Virus record (IMG/VR): IMGVR_UViG_3300034072_000926 | Coordinates: 62,001-126,000 of that record | Length of the DNA stretch: 64,000 bases | Direction: 5' to 3' (one strand) | Part shown: positions 55,466-64,000 of the stretch, piece by piece | Layout of the letters: the number at the start of each line of letters is the position of its first letter | Position numbering within the stretch: the stretch's first letter is position 1 | Made by a program: the position numbers and the translations under genes | The notes under the pieces: generated by a model | What the model was told of the DNA's origin: nothing | The model's database searches: none | The model's input: the letters and a program-made list of their open reading frames with translations, nothing else

Positions 55466-55759
55466 TTAGGCAGCAACCACGCCTAGAATCTGAGATTCTT
55501 CCATGATCATCAGCTTTTCGCCTTCGACCTGGATTTCGCTTCCGGACCATTTGCCGTAAACGACTTTGTCGCCAACCTGAACTGTATTGGCAATGAAGGT
55601 GCCGTTCTCGTAACGACCGGGACCGGTTGCTACAACGATGCCTTCCATAGGCTTTTCCTGTGCCACGCTAGGGATCAGGATACCACCCGCAGTTTCAGTC
55701 ATCGCATCTACTGGACGCACCAGGACACGGTCAGCCAAAGGCTTAAATGACATCTTCAA
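55466..55759 (-). CDS. groES: co-chaperonin GroES
   Basis: KPLADRVLV, TAGGILIP, G.VVATGPG, VGDKV.YGKWSG.E, E..ILGV. Confidence 0.95.
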   Translation of the reverse strand: MKMSFKPLADRVLVRPVDAMTETAGGILIPSVAQEKPMEGIVVATGPGRYENGTFIANTVQVGDKVVYGKWSGSEIQVEGEKLMIMEESQILGVVAA

Positions 55760-55813
55760 TTCCTTTAGGAAAGAGTAGGGGAGGGCTAAGGAGCCAACCC
55801 TCCCCCGAGAGGT

Positions 55814-56827
55814 TTACTGACCTAGACCAGCCTGCTTTTCCTTGATGCGACGGAGGATTTCCGAAGCGTCAGGGGTGCCAGCCGGGCGGGCAGCAGGAGC
55901 AGCTTCTTCAGCCGCAGGAGCCGGAGCCTGTGCGCGCTGTAGAGCAGCAAAAGGATCAGCCGCCGGAGCAGCAGGTGCAGCAGGAGCCTGAGCTACTGGA
56001 GCCTGAGCCTGAGGAGCAGCAGGTGCGCTGTTCCAGTTACCACCGCCCGATGGCTTGTAGAAGTTAGCCCAACGTGCTGGATCATAGGCTTCATCGTTAA
56101 CCGAAGCGTGGAACATTTCCTTGATTGCTTCAAGCTGTTCAGCCGTTGGCTTAGCAGGCAGGAAGTCCTTCAGGTTGTTCAGACCGTGCGTGTCAATCGC
56201 AGCAGCTTCTTCACCGTTCAGCGAACGAGTCTTGAACGACCAGTTCGAGGTCGAGTAGTTTGCGAAACCACCCTTGCTGGTCTTTACCAGCTTGAAATCG
56301 CGACCCGAAACGTAGTCGGTTGGCAGGTCTTCCATTTCAGGATTCATCAGCGAGCTCTTGATGATTTCGAAGATGCTGGTGTTGATCATGAAACGACGGA
56401 TTGGGTTCTCAGGAGTTTCCTTCTCCTCGAAGCCGCTCTGAACCACAAAGCCCTGGAAGAGGTAGGACTTCTTCTTCCAATACTTACGAGCCAGGTTCTG
56501 CAGGCTCTCGTCCTTCCACCAAGGGCGGGTCTCTGCCAAGATGGGGCAGGTCTCGCCATACATTTCCATGCAAGGAACCTGAACCATAACTTCGCGGTCA
56601 TGCTCGCCCTTCACGCCCTGGAAAGGCAGCTTGATGACCAGTCGTTCGGCCCAGAAAAATGTGTTGTTTGGATCGCCGTCTGGGAGGAAGCGGATCATGG
56701 ACTGACCGCCTTCGGGTAGGTTCCAGAACGGATACATGGAGTTGTCACCGCCGGTGCGGTTGCCGTTACCTTCGGCCTTGGTCTGCTGAGCGAGAAGCTT
56801 TGCGCGGATTTCGTCTAGCGTTGCCAT
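55814..56827 (-). CDS. single-stranded DNA-binding protein (T4 gp32-like)
   Basis: IRFLPD, PC.E..GE.CP, ARKYWKK.SY, GRDF.L.K...GF.NY..S. Confidence 0.92.
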   Translation of the reverse strand: MATLDEIRAKLLAQQTKAEGNGNRTGGDNSMYPFWNLPEGGQSMIRFLPDGDPNNTFFWAERLVIKLPFQGVKGEHDREVMVQVPCMEMYGETCPILAETRPWWKDESLQNLARKYWKKKSYLFQGFVVQSGFEEKETPENPIRRFMINTSIFEIIKSSLMNPEMEDLPTDYVSGRDFKLVKTSKGGFANYSTSNWSFKTRSLNGEEAAAIDTHGLNNLKDFLPAKPTAEQLEAIKEMFHASVNDEAYDPARWANFYKPSGGGNWNSAPAAPQAQAPVAQAPAAPAAPAADPFAALQRAQAPAPAAEEAAPAARPAGTPDASEILRRIKEKQAGLGQ

Positions 56828-57049
56828 AGTGGGTGGTCCCTTCTTATCTTTATTGGGCTATCTTTTGAGCCATTTTATTGTTATAAACGGAGCAACCATT
56901 CCCGATTGTTCCGATATACTATTTATACAATCTGGTGTCCAGATTTGCAAAATATTTCTGGTGTAACCTAACTTTTTCTAGCATTTCTGCCGGTTTAGCC
57001 TTGCTACTCCTCTTTTATACGAAAATAGGTGAGTGTTGTCTATATAGAA

Positions 57050-57084
57050 AGATAGCGTGGTTCAGTCTCCCAAACCACGCTATC
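57050..57084 (-). terminator. intrinsic terminator
   Basis: GATAGCGTGGTT...AACCACGCTATC plus U-run on the minus strand. Confidence 0.65.
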
Positions 57085-57096
57085 TAGAGTGCTTTC

Positions 57097-60000
57097 TTAC
57101 TTACGGAAGTTTGCGTTCTTGAGAACCCTTTCAAGCTCTTCACGGAACATTGCGTCGCCTTCGTCAACCTTCACATCGTCAACGAAATCTTCGCTCTTGT
57201 CGCCGCCGAGAACTTCTTCAGTTTCGTGGAACCTATCGCGATAACGCTCATATTCATAATCACCACGATCAGCATCACGGGCTGCTAATTCTTGGTAGAT
57301 TTCGTCAACTAGGTTTGCCTGAGTCGATGCACTCACCTGGTCAATGATGTCTTCACCGTTGTCTTTACGAACAATACTGTAGATCGAAATACCTCCGCCG
57401 TAGTTCACATCAGGTTCGGCTGGCTCATTTTCGAACTCAACAGTGACCTCAATGTCATCTTCTAGATCAGTGCTGATGAAAGTGTCAATGCTGTTATTCG
57501 ACACCGCTTCATTGATTCCTTCGGCCATTTCAAGTGGATCTTCGCCACCGATGCAACGTCCGTTCTCATAGGAAACAATCGTCTTGTCATCCATCCAGTC
57601 AGAGATACGATAGTTACCATTGCCAAGATCATCAACGTGCTGAACAAAGCCACCCTTACTCTCTTCACGTGCCTGACGAGCAAGCCTCATCAGCGCCATA
57701 CGTGGTGGAGGAGAAACTTCGTCAATTTCTTCACCGTGGATCTGAACAACAGGTAGTTCCAAGATAGCATCCTTGAGGAATACGCTCAGAACAGCAGCCA
57801 GCTGATTCTTGAAGTTGTATTCTTCCTCATCAACATCGTCCTGACCGACTCCTGGATCAACACCGAAGGATTCGGGGTCAGCTAGAACCTTAGACGCAAA
57901 TTCACGAAGCTGAGCAAGGACTTCATCAATCTTGTTGTCTTCGACGTGGGCAACTTCTAGAACGCTCTGAAGAGTCTCATCCATATCAAATGGCCTGCGG
58001 TATGCACCGGCCTTCGTTAGAACACCCTTGTTCATCGTTACAGTCTTGTTCTCTGGAAGACGTGCATGGGCATTATCAAATGCCACCTTTGCGTTCTTGT
58101 CATCAAGAGCAACAACCTTACCCGAACCGTAAGCCTTGTGAGTGACACGATCACCGACAGAGAGCTCCGAGTTAAAATCTGGATTGGTTGGCGCTGCCTT
58201 GTCCATAACTGGCATTCCGTTCGAGAAGTTAGGTGCTTCTAGGACGGATTCTGGATCAAAGCCTTCGAACCATGCCGATAGCTCTTCCTCTTCCTTAACG
58301 CCACCTAGTGCGCCAATCTTGTCCATGTCGTCAACGTGCATTTCCTTGACTCCGCCGTTCATGAATTCGATGGTTGCGATGTCGCCGTCCATGCCAACAA
58401 CCTTGCCCGAGCCTAGATCGGTCGAAACGTGGTTGCCAATCTCAATACCATGACCCATCGGCATCTGATCCTCGGATGCAAACTCATACATGGATTCAGA
58501 AATGTTCCAGCCGTGCTGTTCTAGCAATGGCTTAACGTGCTTCTCGAAGAGATCCTTTGCCTCAGTGACAATGAAGCCTTCAGTGCCCTGATATCCCACA
58601 ATATCATCGTCTTCGAAAGCCTTCACAATCTGATGGATGATACCCTTGATGAAGTAGCTTGCTGGCATTGGCTCAACCTTGTCCTCAGGACCAATCGAAC
58701 CATCAACAAACTCGCTCATACCAGCTTCGTCTAGGAAGGTTTCGCCATCAAAGTTGTCGATGAAGTATTCCAACGAATGCTCAACCTTCGAGTAATTGTC
58801 ATTGATCGGATCGTTGCTCTCGTAGAAGGTTTCATCCACATCATCACCGTCATCCATGAACTTGGTCAGAGTCGAAACCAGCTTGGTCTTAACAGTCTGC
58901 TCAGCACCATCTAGCTTCTTACCTTCTGCCAGCTTATCAATGATATTGCTGACATAATTTAGAGTAGCAATGTTCGAGAGCTTGTTCTGGCTTACAAAGA
59001 GATCGAGGTAGAAGCGATCCTGAACCGTCGAATCATTTGGGCTGAAAGTCGGGAAGTGATCAGGGAGATCTGGGATCTGAACCTGGCCGTTTAGGATTGC
59101 ACGAAGACCGTCAGCTAGTTCGCCGATGCTCTTCTTCTGATCGCCATCCATATCACCAGTTTCGCCAGATGCTGCATAACGTGCATTGGTCCACTGAGTT
59201 GCATAGTCCAAGAATACGTCATTTTCGTTGATCTGATATGCAGATTCAACTAGGTCTAGATAACCCATCGCATCCTCAAAGACAGTGCCTTCCATAAAGG
59301 CAATGTTGGAACCAAGCTGGATCCAATTAGCAGCATCATAGCCATACTCAGAGGCAAGAGCTTCGACTAGAGCGTCAGCAGCGGCTTCCTCGAGAGTGAT
59401 AACACCATGAAACATTTCATTAATGTTGGTCATCTTTTCACCCATTGTTAGCAGAGCGACTGGCATCAAAGACTCTGCCAGAGCGTGGTTAGAATCAATC
59501 ATTAGAAGTCCTTGGAGACGGGAAATTTCCTGACCCAGCGAATCATCCTCAGATAGCGTAACGGTAGTCACCGGAAGACCTGCTTCCACGACCTTTGGAT
59601 ATCCTTTAGGACGAGACATGGTCACGAATGCCTTACGGATCTCCATAATCCTTCCCTTGATGCTAGGACGTAGTGCTAGGGCACTTTCATCAAGAGCATT
59701 CCTCGAATGAAGGATGTAACGATTTAGCTTAGATAGCTGTAGGGATTCACATGCGAGCTGAACCATCGAAATACTGGTTTCATCATGTGGCTTACCACCT
59801 TGTGCAATATGTTGTGCGAATGCACGACCTGCAGAGAGGTGATTTTCAGGAAACTTGAAACGCTCGCCATGTGCCGTCTCAACGAACAAGCTGAGAATGT
59901 TACGACCACGGCTTCCAATTACACCCTCACGGACAGGAACTGTGTGACGGATGATAAGCTTCGTTGGACCAATCTTCTGGTAGGATGTCTTTGTTGAACC

Positions 60001-60357
60001 CCACATTGCAGCTTCGGTCATAGAAGCCTGATACGCAAAATCCTTTGGACGCAATTCACGGCCAAACTTACGGACATTGAGCAATACATTGAAACGCGAC
60101 GTGATCTTGCGGAGGGTGCTAATGAGCTTGCTGGCCTTCTTAACGTCAGTTGATTGGCTCAAATAGATCTTAACTTCTGAATCTGAACCAGCTTCGATGA
60201 CGCTGATCATGATATTGCCAGGAACTGCGAAGACACGACGAGCCTGTGAAGGCTCGAAGGTCTGATTGCCTGTCTCGTCATATAGAGTCAAGGTCATTCC
60301 AAGACCCTTGAGGACCTGGAAGAGTTCTTCACTCAGACTGTCAAACAATGCGCTCAT
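57097..60357 (-). CDS. 1086-aa acidic late protein (putative head/internal protein) with two SH3/Tudor-like modules
   Basis: GSTKTSYQ, R.I..LFVE...GERFKFP..HL..GRA.A.H...GG.P.D N-terminal block; TAAATA at 60380. Confidence 0.7.
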   Translation of the reverse strand: MSALFDSLSEELFQVLKGLGMTLTLYDETGNQTFEPSQARRVFAVPGNIMISVIEAGSDSEVKIYLSQSTDVKKASKLISTLRKITSRFNVLLNVRKFGRELRPKDFAYQASMTEAAMWGSTKTSYQKIGPTKLIIRHTVPVREGVIGSRGRNILSLFVETAHGERFKFPENHLSAGRAFAQHIAQGGKPHDETSISMVQLACESLQLSKLNRYILHSRNALDESALALRPSIKGRIMEIRKAFVTMSRPKGYPKVVEAGLPVTTVTLSEDDSLGQEISRLQGLLMIDSNHALAESLMPVALLTMGEKMTNINEMFHGVITLEEAAADALVEALASEYGYDAANWIQLGSNIAFMEGTVFEDAMGYLDLVESAYQINENDVFLDYATQWTNARYAASGETGDMDGDQKKSIGELADGLRAILNGQVQIPDLPDHFPTFSPNDSTVQDRFYLDLFVSQNKLSNIATLNYVSNIIDKLAEGKKLDGAEQTVKTKLVSTLTKFMDDGDDVDETFYESNDPINDNYSKVEHSLEYFIDNFDGETFLDEAGMSEFVDGSIGPEDKVEPMPASYFIKGIIHQIVKAFEDDDIVGYQGTEGFIVTEAKDLFEKHVKPLLEQHGWNISESMYEFASEDQMPMGHGIEIGNHVSTDLGSGKVVGMDGDIATIEFMNGGVKEMHVDDMDKIGALGGVKEEEELSAWFEGFDPESVLEAPNFSNGMPVMDKAAPTNPDFNSELSVGDRVTHKAYGSGKVVALDDKNAKVAFDNAHARLPENKTVTMNKGVLTKAGAYRRPFDMDETLQSVLEVAHVEDNKIDEVLAQLREFASKVLADPESFGVDPGVGQDDVDEEEYNFKNQLAAVLSVFLKDAILELPVVQIHGEEIDEVSPPPRMALMRLARQAREESKGGFVQHVDDLGNGNYRISDWMDDKTIVSYENGRCIGGEDPLEMAEGINEAVSNNSIDTFISTDLEDDIEVTVEFENEPAEPDVNYGGGISIYSIVRKDNGEDIIDQVSASTQANLVDEIYQELAARDADRGDYEYERYRDRFHETEEVLGGDKSEDFVDDVKVDEGDAMFREELERVLKNANFRK

Positions 60358-60400
60358 AGATACCCTCCACTAAGTCTGATATTTAGCAGAAGACTAACCC

Positions 60401-61984
60401 TTAGAATGCAATCGGCATCGGCGCGTTGCTTGGATCGTTGTCGTCAGAAACAACCTTGAGGTTCGATTCAATGACGTCTTCCCAGTCGGCGCAGATCTGA
60501 AGTAGTCGCACAATCTGAAGGGTGCTCATGACCAAGTCGTCATTTACGCCAATCTTGCCCTTGTAGGAGCCGCCACCACGCACAAAGTTCTTGAGCTCCG
60601 TGAGGAGCGCACGACTCTTGAGCGTCATCCTACGGGTTTCTACAAGCGTCTTGAAGCGAGAACATGCCGTCATCTTCGTGCGGGTATTTGTATTCAGACC
60701 TTTACGACCACGACCGCCGCCGGACTTCCTAGGCTCATGAGTGAAAATACCAGGGAAGTTCTCTTCGCCGATATTGTCAATCTGAACCAGTGCCGCTTCA
60801 CCGAGACTATTGTTCTCAACAGTCCAGTAGATCTCTGGGTCACCATCCTGATCAGGATTGTTTCGTAGAGTGTGATGGATGTAGAGCAAAGCCTTACGTA
60901 GAATCTCGACCTGATCCTGTGTGATTGTCTTATTGTGACGCCACTCAGCAACCTGTGTCATTGTGCTCAAGTTGAACACTTGGATAGCCGCAAAGTCACT
61001 TCCCGTTCCCATCGAAGGGTCGAGAGTTGCGCCATAGATGTGATTAGCCTGTGGCTCTTCGAACCAACGCATCTGTCCAATCTTGAACAGTGGATCTTGC
61101 GGACTCAAGTTAGCGAGGGTAATTGGATTGACAAGGGTTTCGTCTTCCGAAACGAACTTGCATTCATATTCTCGCTGGAACTTTTCCTCGCCTAGCTGCT
61201 GACGCTGTGTCGTTGCCCATGCTTCGTCACGAGTTGGGTTCTTGTCCCAAGTGATTTCCAGAGGCATGTAGCCGTTACGTCCAAGACCGCCAGGGATAAC
61301 ATCACCATTGTCGTCGATGTTGTTCTTTGCGCCGAACCAGATTTCTGCAAACTGATCTTCGTCATTGTTTGGCGTCGAAGTGATGATGCAGCTACCACCC
61401 GTCGACAGGGTTGGCGCAATAGCTGACCAGAACTCAACTGCCTTGTTTGGCTGCACGAACGCAAATTCGTCCAGGTATAGAAGCGAGATCGAGAGACCAC
61501 GACCTGCGTCCTTGGAAGTTGCGCGACTGATGATCCTGGAACCGTTATCAAAAGCGATTGTGCCCTTGTTGTATTCCACAACACCGCTACGCAGCCAGTT
61601 GAATTGTTCGAGGTTTTCGTAAGCAAAACGAATACGATCCATAATTTCAAGAGCAGAAACGAACTTGTTCGCTGCGATCAAAATAGTCGTATCAGGTTCG
61701 AACATTGCCTTCCAGAGCAAGAAGCCTGCTGCACAAGTTGTCTTACCCATCTGACGAGCCGTCAGAGCAATGGTATAACGATTCTTGTGGAAGCTATCGA
61801 TCATCTCTTCCTGGTAGGGCCATAGTTTGAATGGCACACGACCCTGGGTAGGATGCTGGATCTTGACGTAGTTCTTACAAAAATAGATAGGGTCACTCAT
61901 GCACTTGCGGAGTTCTTCAATCTGATTGATATTGAAGCGATCCTTGCTATAACCCTTCTTGATGATTTCGATTTCTTTTGCCAT
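60401..61984 (-). CDS. terL: terminase large subunit (T4 gp17-like)
   Basis: DPIYF..NY, YQEE, ARQMGKT, LYLDEFAF, ITSTPN, F.REYEC.F, DPS.G.G.D, DDLVMS. Confidence 0.96.
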   Translation of the reverse strand: MAKEIEIIKKGYSKDRFNINQIEELRKCMSDPIYFCKNYVKIQHPTQGRVPFKLWPYQEEMIDSFHKNRYTIALTARQMGKTTCAAGFLLWKAMFEPDTTILIAANKFVSALEIMDRIRFAYENLEQFNWLRSGVVEYNKGTIAFDNGSRIISRATSKDAGRGLSISLLYLDEFAFVQPNKAVEFWSAIAPTLSTGGSCIITSTPNNDEDQFAEIWFGAKNNIDDNGDVIPGGLGRNGYMPLEITWDKNPTRDEAWATTQRQQLGEEKFQREYECKFVSEDETLVNPITLANLSPQDPLFKIGQMRWFEEPQANHIYGATLDPSMGTGSDFAAIQVFNLSTMTQVAEWRHNKTITQDQVEILRKALLYIHHTLRNNPDQDGDPEIYWTVENNSLGEAALVQIDNIGEENFPGIFTHEPRKSGGGRGRKGLNTNTRTKMTACSRFKTLVETRRMTLKSRALLTELKNFVRGGGSYKGKIGVNDDLVMSTLQIVRLLQICADWEDVIESNLKVVSDDNDPSNAPMPIAF

Positions 61985-62031
61985 AATGAGAGGGAGCCAG
62001 ACAGGGTGGTCTGGCTCCTAGTTCTTTCCTA

Positions 62032-63741
62032 TTAGTCGAAGGTCTTTACAGACAGCTTCTTCGTTGGGGAGATGCCGTGTTGAGCAAGACGTGCTTCAAG
62101 ACCGGCGCGGTCATTCTGGTATTCAGCCATAGTGAACGAATCCACTACCTTACCCTCACGATACTTCTGACCGGAAGAAGTTGGAGTCACAACAGTGACT
62201 AGAGTTCCTGGCTTGGTGTTATCGCTGCCAGCAACATAATTGAGACCCCACTTACCCGAGCGGTTGATAGCGAGGATAACCACACCATCGTGCTGGAAGT
62301 ATTCGTGGGTTCCGAGATCATTGAGGCTTGCATAGCCGCAATCAGTGTTTAGGAAGAAGGGAGGGCCATACTGACGGGAATTGCGCTGATACGAGTCAGC
62401 ACCACCACGGCCATATTCCTGAAGGAGGCTTTCCATCGTGACTTCTGCCTCGACTTCAACGTCTTCCTCAACATTGCGAGCTTCTGCTTCCCTTACATAA
62501 TCAGAAAAACTCTTTGGCTTCGTTGCTTCTTCAATAGTCTCAAAATCGTTCTGTGCAAGATACACAATTGCTTTGCCACCTTGATAATGAACAAGCCAAA
62601 CATCCTTAACCATTGGATCTGGTTCTGCAGATGCGCCATTAAGACGATCACCTAGGTTGCTCCATGCGCTTAGTGCCGAAATAGCACCCTCTTCTGTATC
62701 AGGGAACTGCTCTTCCGAAAGTGGGTTGTCACCTGAACGTGCAGGAACAACCTTTGTGTCAGGTTGGACTGGCTTGCGATCAGCAACACCTGCATATTCA
62801 TGCGGATGAGCATCGTGTTCACGATAATCATATTCTGCTTCTTCAACTTGTTCATTCTTAGGAGTCTTCAACCAACCAGTATTAGCAGTCGAGATGTTAC
62901 CATATTGCCCGGTCCATTCACCGACCTTTTGATGGTTATCGTCAAAAGCAGTTCTTGATCCGTAGCCGTCAAAGTCTACAGTGTAACCATACTTTTTAGC
63001 AGCAGAATACCACGTATTTGCGTCATTGTATTCTAAATCAGAACCATGATCTTTATCAACTGGAATGCTATACCCAGCATTAGCCATGTCCTTTAGGAGG
63101 TCTCCGACCGTCCAATCTGGCTTATTGCTTGGATATTCCTGATAGACGTCTTCTGCGTAGTCTTCCCATTCAGCTGCATCATAGTTGTTAGTTTCTCCTT
63201 CCAAACTAGCAATAGTTTTGCCGCACAGGATAGCAAAATCCCAAACCTCAGATGGCCATTGAATCTTAGAAGATTTATCAAAAGCCTCGTCAATTTCAGA
63301 ACCAGCAAGGGCTAAGTTGCCATCAGCATCAACGGTTGCATCCACTGGTTCATCGAAGCCGATTTCAGTATCACATGCTGCGTCAACACATGGCTCCTCA
63401 ACAGGAACAGGAACAGGATCAACAATGTGGTCATCGTCTGCTTCTGCATCAAGAGCATCTACTTCCTGATCAGCTGCCGCAAAATCTGGTTCCAAGAGCT
63501 GCATAATCGAACGCAGATTAGGAGCCTGGATCGTTGTGCTCATGCCGCCTTCCGAATTGTCAACGACTAGCGATGCTGCGCCATTGAAGTGATTCGAAGC
63601 ACCTGCGATACCGGCGTTCTTGAGCATTGCAGCAAGGGCAACAGTGTCATCGGCAGTGAAAGTGGTGGTTGCAGTCATGTCACCTTCGGTATGTGAAAGG
63701 TTGAGAGTTGCAGCCTCATCAAGCTTTTTCTTATCGGTCAT
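62032..63741 (-). CDS. acidic putative internal head protein
   Basis: Start at MTDKKKLDE; repeated LDE/IDE/VEE/IEE/LQE motifs. Confidence 0.6.
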   Translation of the reverse strand: MTDKKKLDEAATLNLSHTEGDMTATTTFTADDTVALAAMLKNAGIAGASNHFNGAASLVVDNSEGGMSTTIQAPNLRSIMQLLEPDFAAADQEVDALDAEADDDHIVDPVPVPVEEPCVDAACDTEIGFDEPVDATVDADGNLALAGSEIDEAFDKSSKIQWPSEVWDFAILCGKTIASLEGETNNYDAAEWEDYAEDVYQEYPSNKPDWTVGDLLKDMANAGYSIPVDKDHGSDLEYNDANTWYSAAKKYGYTVDFDGYGSRTAFDDNHQKVGEWTGQYGNISTANTGWLKTPKNEQVEEAEYDYREHDAHPHEYAGVADRKPVQPDTKVVPARSGDNPLSEEQFPDTEEGAISALSAWSNLGDRLNGASAEPDPMVKDVWLVHYQGGKAIVYLAQNDFETIEEATKPKSFSDYVREAEARNVEEDVEVEAEVTMESLLQEYGRGGADSYQRNSRQYGPPFFLNTDCGYASLNDLGTHEYFQHDGVVILAINRSGKWGLNYVAGSDNTKPGTLVTVVTPTSSGQKYREGKVVDSFTMAEYQNDRAGLEARLAQHGISPTKKLSVKTFD

Positions 63742-63742
63742 T

Positions 63743-64000
63743 TTAGCCCTTCCTCTTGACGTTCTCGTCATAGTTTCCGTGAACGGCAGTTAGGTTGGGC
63801 TTCTCAGCCTTAGCACCTGCCTTCTTTGTGTTGACATGAACAGGCTTCACAGTATCGTGATCCTTGTTGAAGTCATCAGCTACAGTCCTGTCCTTCGGAT
63901 TCAGCCAAGAGAACTTGTTCGTCTTCTTGACTTCCTCGATTGCAGGAATATCCTTGGAGTCTTCGTCGGCCTTGATCTGAGCAAGATAGTTCAGGAACTT
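63743..64000 (-). CDS. C-terminal part of a hypothetical protein (...HGNYDENVKRKG*)
   Basis: Open frame from the window end to TAA at 63743. Confidence 0.6.
   Translation of the reverse strand, partial: KFLNYLAQIKADEDSKDIPAIEEVKKTNKFSWLNPKDRTVADDFNKDHDTVKPVHVNTKKAGAKAEKPNLTAVHGNYDENVKRKG

Noticed and set aside
1-64000. Alternative genetic code (stop-codon reassignment)
   Set aside because: Core genes are intact under the standard code, and TAA, TGA and TAG all appear as real stops.

Overview
This 64 kb window is part of a large T4-related (jumbo-type) dsDNA phage genome. The host is very probably an alphaproteobacterium, judged from the circularly permuted two-piece tmRNA and an SdrG/MrrA-like receiver protein. 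Almost all genes are on the minus strand. 1-17.9 kb is an accessory, host-interaction region: CCA-adding enzyme, HNH nuclease, Ig-domain virion proteins, NADAR, thermonuclease, a YqiJ-flotillin-XpaC-TelA cluster, tRNA-Thr, a lone receiver domain, a GIY-YIG endonuclease and tmRNA. 17.9-24.5 kb carries glutaredoxin, nrdB, nrdA and an exonuclease. 24.5-38.6 kb is a late block with TAAATA promoters, containing acidic putative internal head proteins, a divergent holin-like plus 4xPAS operon and two nucleotidyltransferase-fold genes. 38.6-57 kb is the replication/recombination core: helicase, primase, TGT/DpdA-like protein, 199-aa mini-DnaE, UvsW, degenerate SNF2, UvsY, UvsX, GroES and gp32. The window ends with a 1086-aa acidic protein, the terminase large subunit and further head-associated genes. 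Four observations stand out. (1) A late holin-like gene is translationally coupled to an output-less four-PAS sensor, and an orphan receiver lies elsewhere in the window. (2) About 13 dispersed small proteins share a C-terminal A-x-x-F-K-L-x-W/F motif. (3) The tmRNA has a Val resume codon, and its 3' structured module is duplicated with compensatory substitutions on either side of a homing-endonuclease cassette. (4) A TGT/DpdA-like enzyme and a minimal DnaE sit inside the replication gene cluster. All annotations come from motif recognition by eye; no database searches were run.
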